Part shown: one piece after another, positions 26,793 to 32,000 of the stretch
Layout: each line of letters begins with the position of its first letter
Position numbering within the stretch: position 1 is the stretch's first letter
From: Mycolicibacterium smegmatis
GTDB lineage: Bacteria > Actinomycetota > Actinomycetes > Mycobacteriales > Mycobacteriaceae
DNA: 32,000 nt
NCBI RefSeq assembly: GCF_001457595.1
Contig: NZ_LN831039.1
Span: forward strand, 2,970,001 to 3,002,000
Direction of reading: 5' to 3'
Notes under the pieces: model-generated
What the model was told of the DNA's origin: nothing
Database searches by the model: none
Seen by the model: the letters and a program-made list of their open reading frames with translations, nothing else
Program-made: the position numbers and the translations under genes

Positions 26793-27067
26793 CGGTGCGG
26801 CCCGACAACCGGCTCGCCGACGCGCCCATGCGGCCGGTCGGGTGTGGGACCTGCGGTGCGCGCGTGCTGGTGCGCAAGGCCAGCTGGGAGCAGACCAGCG
26901 TGCAGTGGAGCGCGGCCGCACGGCAGAGGTGCGTGGACCCGCATCGCCATGCCGGACAGACACTGTCGCTGTGCCCGCAGCTGCGTACCGCGATCGAGAA
27001 CGCGGTCCTGGAGGGCGCAGTGCCGGTGCTCGCCGAATCGGAGGATGCGAATGCGCATCGCGGATAG
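26789..27067 (+). CDS. Small Cys-rich protein (possible metal-binding), unknown function
   Basis: GTG at 26789 overlapping kshA stop; 92 aa MTVRPDNRLADAPMRPVGCGTCGARVLVRKASWEQTSVQWSAAARQRCVDPHRHAGQTLSLCPQLRTAIENAVLEG.... Confidence 0.7.
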   Translation: MTVRPDNRLADAPMRPVGCGTCGARVLVRKASWEQTSVQWSAAARQRCVDPHRHAGQTLSLCPQLRTAIENAVLEGAVPVLAESEDANAHRG

Positions 27068-27842
27068 GGTTTTCGTCGTCACCGGTGCAGGCAACGGCAT
27101 GGGGCGTGAGGTGGCGTTGGGCCTGGCCCGGCGGGGCGCACACGTCGCCGCCGTCGACCTCGACGAAGCGGGCCTCGCCGGCACGGCCGAGCGCGCCCGC
27201 GGCACCGGGGCGAGGATGTCGACCCACGTTCTGAACGTCACCGACCGAGACGCGGTGGCCGGGCTGCCCGACGCGGTGCTCGACGTCCACGGCCAGATCG
27301 ACGGTCTGGTGAACATCGCCGGAATCGCCCAGAGGTTCGCGCTGTTCACCGACCTGGAGGCCGACCAGATCGACCGGGTGACGACCGTGAACTTTTTGGG
27401 CACGGTGCAGATGTGCCGAGCCTTCCTGCCGGTCCTTCGGCAACGACCCGAGGCCAACATCACCAACATGTCCAGCCTGTCGGCGCTCGTGCCGTTCGCC
27501 AGCCAGGTGCTCTACAGCGCGAGCAAGGCCGCCGTCCAGCAGTTCAGCGAGGGACTCGACGCCGAACTCGCCGACACCAACGTCCGTGTGGTGACAGTGT
27601 TTCCGGACCAGGTCTCCACCAACCTGGCACAGAACTCCGGAGTGAAGATGCTCGACGCCGGCGGGCGGCGGGCCCCGGTCACCACACCCGAGGCCGCCGG
27701 GCGCAAGATCGTCACCGGCATCGCCAAGGACCGGTACCGGGTGATCATCGGTACCGACGCCCACGTGCTGTACACACTGTCGCGGTTGGCGCCGCGGCGC
27801 ACGGCCCGGATGGTGGCCAAACAGATCAAATCCGTTCTCTGA
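27051..27842 (+). CDS. Short-chain dehydrogenase/reductase (SDR)
   Basis: 263 aa; RVFVVTGAGNGMGREVALGLARRGAHVAAVDLDE, NIAGI, YSASKAAV motif. Confidence 0.92.
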   Translation: MRIADRVFVVTGAGNGMGREVALGLARRGAHVAAVDLDEAGLAGTAERARGTGARMSTHVLNVTDRDAVAGLPDAVLDVHGQIDGLVNIAGIAQRFALFTDLEADQIDRVTTVNFLGTVQMCRAFLPVLRQRPEANITNMSSLSALVPFASQVLYSASKAAVQQFSEGLDAELADTNVRVVTVFPDQVSTNLAQNSGVKMLDAGGRRAPVTTPEAAGRKIVTGIAKDRYRVIIGTDAHVLYTLSRLAPRRTARMVAKQIKSVL

Positions 27843-27854
27843 TCAGGAGTATCG

Positions 27855-29444
27855 ATGCCGACAGGTCGTGACTACGACGTCATCATCGTGGGGTTCGGCG
27901 CCGCAGGCGCGTCCGCCGCGATCGAGGCCGCCGACCGCGGCGCCCGTGTGCTGGTGCTCGACCGAGGCTACGGCGGCGGCGCCACGGCCTACTCGGGCGG
28001 CATCGTCTACGCCGGTGCGGGAACACCCGAGCAGCGCGCGGGCGGCTACTCCGACAGCGTGGAGAACATGCGCGCCTACCTCGGGCAGGAGGTGGCCGGT
28101 GCCGTCAAACCCGAGACCCTGGCCCGGTTCTGTGAGCAGAGCCCGGCACTGCTCGAGTGGCTCAAGGCCCAGGGCGTGCCGTTCCGGGGCGGGGCGGTGC
28201 CGTCGTACAAGACCTCGTACCCCACCGACGACAACTACCTCTACTACTCGGGCAACGAAAAGGCCTACCCCTACGTCGATCACGCGCAACCCGCCCCACG
28301 AGGCCATCGCGTGCTCGCACCGGGCATGAGTTCCGGGCGGGTGCTTTTCGAGCGCCTCCGGGATTCCGCGCTGGCCAAGGGTGTGCACTTCACGCCGCTG
28401 GCGCACGTACATTCGCTGATCCAGGACGAAGACGGCAGGGTCACCGGTGTCCGGTACACGGTCACCGACCCCAGGCACCGCAACGCGCGTCGGCACCGGC
28501 GCATCGCCAAGGCCACGGGCAAGCTGGGCACCTGGATGCCCAGAGCGGTCGCCGGGGCCGTGGCCCGAGGCGAGCGCCTGCGCGCCGAGGCCGGTGTCGA
28601 GGCGCACGCGACCGCAGGCGCGGTGATCCTCGCCGCGGGCGGGTTCATCAACAACCGCGACTGGGTCAGCCGTTATGCGCCGGAATTCCTGAAGATCTCG
28701 CCACTGGGCACCGTCGGCGACGACGGCACCGGGATCCGGTTGGGACTCGACGCCGGGGGAGTGACCGACAAGATGGGCAACGTCACGGCCTGGCGGTTCC
28801 TGTCGCCGCCCAGTGCGTTCCTGGAGGGGCTGACCGTGGGGGCGGACGGGCGACGGATCGCCAACGAGGATCTCTACGGCGCCGCGCACGGTAGCGTGCT
28901 CATGCGCGAGTTCGGCGGTACCGGATGGGCGATCTACGACGCCGCCACCTGGCGGAAGATCAAACACCAGATCACCGAACAGACCCAGGTGTTCCAGCGA
29001 CTGCAGATCTGGTACCTGCGGACCATAGGCCACAAGAAGGCGGCCACCATCGAGGGCATCGCGGCCAAGAACGGCATCGACGCCGCGGCGCTGCGCAAGA
29101 CCGTCGACGAGTACAACCGTAGAATCGCCGGCGGGGCAGGTGATCCCGCACACAAAGATCCGTCGCTGTGCCCACCGATGGAGCGGGGACCGTTCTACTC
29201 CATCGACATCTCCGCCGATTCCTCGCTGTTCTACCCGATTCCGGGGCTGACGTTGGGCGGTCTGGTGGTCGACGAGGACACCGGAGCGGTGGTGCACCGC
29301 GACGGCGGGGTGGTGCCGGGCCTCTACGCTGCGGGCCGGACCGCGGTCGGTGTGTGCTCCAACAGCTACGTCAGCGGGTTGTCGATCTCCGATTGCGTGT
29401 TCAGCGGTCGGCGGGCCGGCGCGGACGCCGTCGCGAAAATCTAG
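27855..29444 (+). CDS. FAD-dependent dehydrogenase/oxidoreductase, KstD/fumarate-reductase-like (divergent third copy)
   Basis: AGGAG SD 5 nt before ATG; DYDVIIVGFGAAGASAAIEAADRGARVLVLDRG...GGATAYSGGIVYAGAG; C-terminal LYAAGRTAVGVCSNSYVSGLSISDCVFSGRRAG. Confidence 0.88.
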   Translation: MPTGRDYDVIIVGFGAAGASAAIEAADRGARVLVLDRGYGGGATAYSGGIVYAGAGTPEQRAGGYSDSVENMRAYLGQEVAGAVKPETLARFCEQSPALLEWLKAQGVPFRGGAVPSYKTSYPTDDNYLYYSGNEKAYPYVDHAQPAPRGHRVLAPGMSSGRVLFERLRDSALAKGVHFTPLAHVHSLIQDEDGRVTGVRYTVTDPRHRNARRHRRIAKATGKLGTWMPRAVAGAVARGERLRAEAGVEAHATAGAVILAAGGFINNRDWVSRYAPEFLKISPLGTVGDDGTGIRLGLDAGGVTDKMGNVTAWRFLSPPSAFLEGLTVGADGRRIANEDLYGAAHGSVLMREFGGTGWAIYDAATWRKIKHQITEQTQVFQRLQIWYLRTIGHKKAATIEGIAAKNGIDAAALRKTVDEYNRRIAGGAGDPAHKDPSLCPPMERGPFYSIDISADSSLFYPIPGLTLGGLVVDEDTGAVVHRDGGVVPGLYAAGRTAVGVCSNSYVSGLSISDCVFSGRRAGADAVAKI

Positions 29445-29455
29445 GAATCCCGCCA

Positions 29456-29500
29456 ACAGTTCGGCCCCGGCTTCCTCTCGGAAGACCGGGGCCGGACTGT
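29456..29500. terminator. Strong bidirectional terminator between convergent genes
   Basis: ACAGTTCGGCCCCGG-CTTCC-TCTC-GGAAG-A-CCGGGGCCGGACTGT: about 20 bp stem with one G.T pair and one bulge, tetraloop TCTC. Confidence 0.88.
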
Positions 29501-29507
29501 GTGTGGC

Positions 29508-30584
29508 TCAGCTGAGGACGAACGCGCTCAGCGGAGCCTCCTCGGGGTAGATGGCCGGACCACCGAGGTCGTATGCGGCGTTGAGCGCGCCGATGAAGGC
29601 CGGGTCGTGCAGCGGGTCGCTCGGGATGTCGAGCTTGATGCCCTTGGAGGCCAGGTCGTCGACCATCATGTCGATGGCCTTGTCGGTGGTCAGGTCGTCG
29701 GAGCCGTCCATGTTCTTCTTCAGCTCGTCGAAGTCGGTGAACACCTCGGCCGACCAGTGCACCAGGAACCGCAGTTCGTCGGTGTGATGGCGGGCGATCA
29801 CGTCGTCACCGTTCTTGAGCACCCACTGGTCACGGTCCGCGGGATCACCGGCGAACACCGTGTCGAACGCCAGTCCGGCTGGCATCTGCTGCTCCAGTGG
29901 ACCGTTCGCCTCGCCGCGGTGCACCATCATCTCGTTCTGCACCACCACGCCACGGTTGTTGATCGGGGGCAGGACCCGCTTGGGTGCCTTGAGCGGACCG
30001 TCGGGCCAGTAGGTGAAACCGCTGCCCTCGTCGAGGGAGAACCAGGTGATCACCTGAGCCATCTTGACCAGGTAGTCGTTGAACAGCCCGGACTTGCCCA
30101 TCACGCTGCATAGCCAGGTCGGCGCGTTCTCGTGCCGCACACCGCGGAAACTGGGTGAATCCAGGTGTCCCGGATCGCGATTCGCGCACGGACCGTTGAT
30201 GTTGAACAGCATCATCTCCGGCTTCGCGTACTGCGCACCCCAGTAGTCCTTGGCGTGGTTGAGGAACGTCTCGTTGTAGAAGCAGTCGTGCAGTTCGGGG
30301 TAGAGCACCGCACCGTAGTTGGCCAGATAGCCGCGGAACGTCGGGGTCAGGAACAGGTCCATGGACGGTTCGAAACCCTCGGGGAACATGCCGCTCATTG
30401 TCGCCATCAACTCGTCGGCCGACGCGAAGTGCTGCGCGATGATCAGCTTCCACGGGCCGCGATCGTGCACCACGTCGAGCAGGCGCTGCTTCTGGTCGGC
30501 GGTGTAGACATTGTCGACCTCGCGCGGCGGCGCCACGGGCCGCAGGATGTCGGACAACTCCATTCGCCGCTCATCGGTGAGCAT
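29508..30584 (-). CDS. Conserved hypothetical protein; possible cupin/2-oxoglutarate-type non-haem iron oxygenase fold
   Basis: 358 aa; AAGGAG SD before ATG 30584; MLFNINGPCANRDPGHLDSPSFRG and GVVVQNEMMVHRGEANG suggest an HxD...H arrangement. CDS call firm, function weak. Confidence 0.75.
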   Translation of the reverse strand: MLTDERRMELSDILRPVAPPREVDNVYTADQKQRLLDVVHDRGPWKLIIAQHFASADELMATMSGMFPEGFEPSMDLFLTPTFRGYLANYGAVLYPELHDCFYNETFLNHAKDYWGAQYAKPEMMLFNINGPCANRDPGHLDSPSFRGVRHENAPTWLCSVMGKSGLFNDYLVKMAQVITWFSLDEGSGFTYWPDGPLKAPKRVLPPINNRGVVVQNEMMVHRGEANGPLEQQMPAGLAFDTVFAGDPADRDQWVLKNGDDVIARHHTDELRFLVHWSAEVFTDFDELKKNMDGSDDLTTDKAIDMMVDDLASKGIKLDIPSDPLHDPAFIGALNAAYDLGGPAIYPEEAPLSAFVLS

Positions 30585-30690
30585 CAGGGGCACTCCTTCT
30601 CTGAGATCCGGCGACATCCGCGCCGTTGCTTTTTCAATTCTGGTCGGCATCACCGGGGTTGGACCGAGCGATGTCCGGCCATCGGGAGGT

Positions 30691-31671
30691 TCAGCCCGCG
30701 AAGGGCAGGGGATCGGCGAACTTCGCACGCAGCAGAGCACCGGTTTCGGCCAGTGCCAGACGCCCGCGTGCGGTGGCCTCGTAGCGCATCAAAAAGCCGT
30801 GGTACATACCGGGATAGCGGGTGAGGGTGGTCTGCACACGCGCGGCGCGAAGCCGGTCCGCGTAGCGCTCGCCCCAGTCCCGGATCGGGTCGCACTCACC
30901 GGTGACCACGATCGCCTGGGGCAGACCGCGCAGGTCGTCGGCATAGGCCGGAACACGGTACGGGTCGTGCGGGCTGCCCGCGCCGATGTCGGCCAGATCG
31001 TGCATGTACAGGATGTCGTCACGCGACAACATCGGTGCGTCGGGCATCTCGACGATGGACTGTGCGCCCATGTCGCGGTCGAGGCCCGGGTAGAGCAGCA
31101 CCTGGGCGAAGATGGCGGGCCCGCCGTGGTCGCGTGCGGCCAGGGCCACCGCGGCCGCCAGCCCACCACCGGCGCTGTCGCCGGCGACCACGAGGCGACG
31201 GGCATCGACACCGAGTTCTTCGGCGTGCCGGGCCACCCATTCGGTCGCGGCGTACGCGTCGTCGAACTGGGCGGGCGGCGGGTATTCCGGGGCCAACCGG
31301 TAGTCGACGGCCACCACGACCGCCCCTGCGGCCGCCGCGAGCCCGCGGGCCAGCGGTTCGAACGAATGCACGCTGCCCATCACCAGCCCGCCGCCGTGGA
31401 AGTGCAGGATGACCGGGGCCCCGTCGTGCCCGACCTGCTCGGGCCGGTACACCCGCACGCCGATCTCACGATCGGATGCAGGCACGGTCCGGTCGACGAT
31501 TTCGGCCATCGGTGGCATATCGCTTGGCAGCGGGGCCGATTCGATCGCCGCGCGCACGGTTTCCAGTCCCCGGTCACGGACCGGGGCGGGCTTGCCGAAC
31601 CCGGCGATGCGGGCGGCGGCGTCGGGGTCGAGGGGCGGGCCCTGCGGCGGGCTCGGTGGTGAGGTGGTCAT
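30691..31671 (-). CDS. Alpha/beta hydrolase, HSL/Lip family esterase
   Basis: 326 aa; VILHFHGGGLVMGSV oxyanion motif, VVAGDSAGGGLAAAVAL nucleophile elbow, YPGMYHGF catalytic His region. Confidence 0.93.
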   Translation of the reverse strand: MTTSPPSPPQGPPLDPDAAARIAGFGKPAPVRDRGLETVRAAIESAPLPSDMPPMAEIVDRTVPASDREIGVRVYRPEQVGHDGAPVILHFHGGGLVMGSVHSFEPLARGLAAAAGAVVVAVDYRLAPEYPPPAQFDDAYAATEWVARHAEELGVDARRLVVAGDSAGGGLAAAVALAARDHGGPAIFAQVLLYPGLDRDMGAQSIVEMPDAPMLSRDDILYMHDLADIGAGSPHDPYRVPAYADDLRGLPQAIVVTGECDPIRDWGERYADRLRAARVQTTLTRYPGMYHGFLMRYEATARGRLALAETGALLRAKFADPLPFAG

Positions 31672-31679
31672 GATTGCGC

Positions 31680-32000
31680 TCAGTGCTTGGCCGGATCGAA
31701 GCGGCGCTCGGTACGAAGCTGCGGAGGCACCTGTGAGATCAGCACCTGAGCGCGTTCGGCCATGGCCGAGCCGACATACTCGGGTTGGGTCAGCAGGTAG
31801 AACGCCCCGCGCGCCGACTGCTCGAAGATCGCCTCTGCCGCGTCGATGGGATCCATTGCGGCGGCCTTGATGTCGAGCATCGCCTCGCGCTGCGACTCGG
31901 CCGCGTTCACGTCGGCGCCGTCCTGCCCGGAGTCCACCCCGCCCGCTGCCTCGAAGATGTTCGACTTCACCGCACCCGGCAGCACCGCCTGCACGTGCAC
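31680..32000 (-). CDS. SDR-family protein, C-terminal part; N-terminus beyond right window edge
   Basis: HVQAVLPGAVKSNIFEAAG... typical post-YxxxK SDR segment; frame open to the window edge. Confidence 0.7.
   Translation of the reverse strand: MHVQAVLPGAVKSNIFEAAGGVDSGQDGADVNAAESQREAMLDIKAAAMDPIDAAEAIFEQSARGAFYLLTQPEYVGSAMAERAQVLISQVPPQLRTERRFDPAKH

Noticed and set aside
25833-29456. 643-aa and 537-aa minus-strand ORFs opposite kshA, SDR and the third FAD enzyme
   Set aside because: High-GC shadow frames. The plus strand shows Rieske, SDR and FAD motifs with good Shine-Dalgarno spacing.
30669-30684. CGATG-TCCGGC-CATCG hairpin after the alpha/beta hydrolase gene
   Set aside because: Only a 5-bp stem with a 6-nt loop and no T-tract; too weak to call a terminator with confidence.
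1-32000. Mobile elements, CRISPR arrays, tRNA/rRNA genes, toxin-antitoxin or phage genes
   Set aside because: No regularly spaced repeats, transposase/integrase motifs or structural RNA signatures were recognised; nearly all sequence is accounted for by metabolic and transport genes.

Overview
High-GC actinobacterial chromosome window. Codon use, a complete mce operon with mas genes, F420-type and KshA/KstD proteins all point to a Mycobacterium, probably a fast grower. Left to right: (i) a minus-strand oligopeptide/nickel-family ABC transporter operon (lipoprotein SBP, two permeases, fused double ATPase running off the left edge); (ii) an MFS exporter divergent from an HxlR regulator, then a Ddn-like F420-dependent oxidoreductase; (iii) a secreted Cys-containing protein and an SDR on the minus strand; (iv) a complete, tightly coupled mce operon (two YrbE permeases, MceA-F), then small secreted proteins and two Mce-associated (Mas) proteins; (v) steroid-type catabolic genes: KstD plus hotdog thioesterase, PadR regulator, a second KstD-like FAD enzyme, a KshA-type Rieske oxygenase, a small Cys-rich protein, an SDR, a third divergent FAD dehydrogenase, a possible non-haem iron protein, an alpha/beta hydrolase and a partial SDR. 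The mce operon and the ring-modifying enzymes lie side by side, which suggests an accessory sterol/steroid uptake and catabolism locus. This is a variation on known biology, not a clearly new system. The least explained items are: paralogous secreted proteins on both sides of the mce operon; two mutually exclusive perfect hairpins between the SDR and a secreted-protein gene; a GNRA-loop hairpin overlapping the kstD Shine-Dalgarno; a long dyad plus hairpin upstream of the mas genes; a small Cys-rich protein coupled to kshA; and a KstD-family enzyme lacking the usual YPGxG signature. No CRISPR, tRNA, rRNA, phage or IS element was seen.
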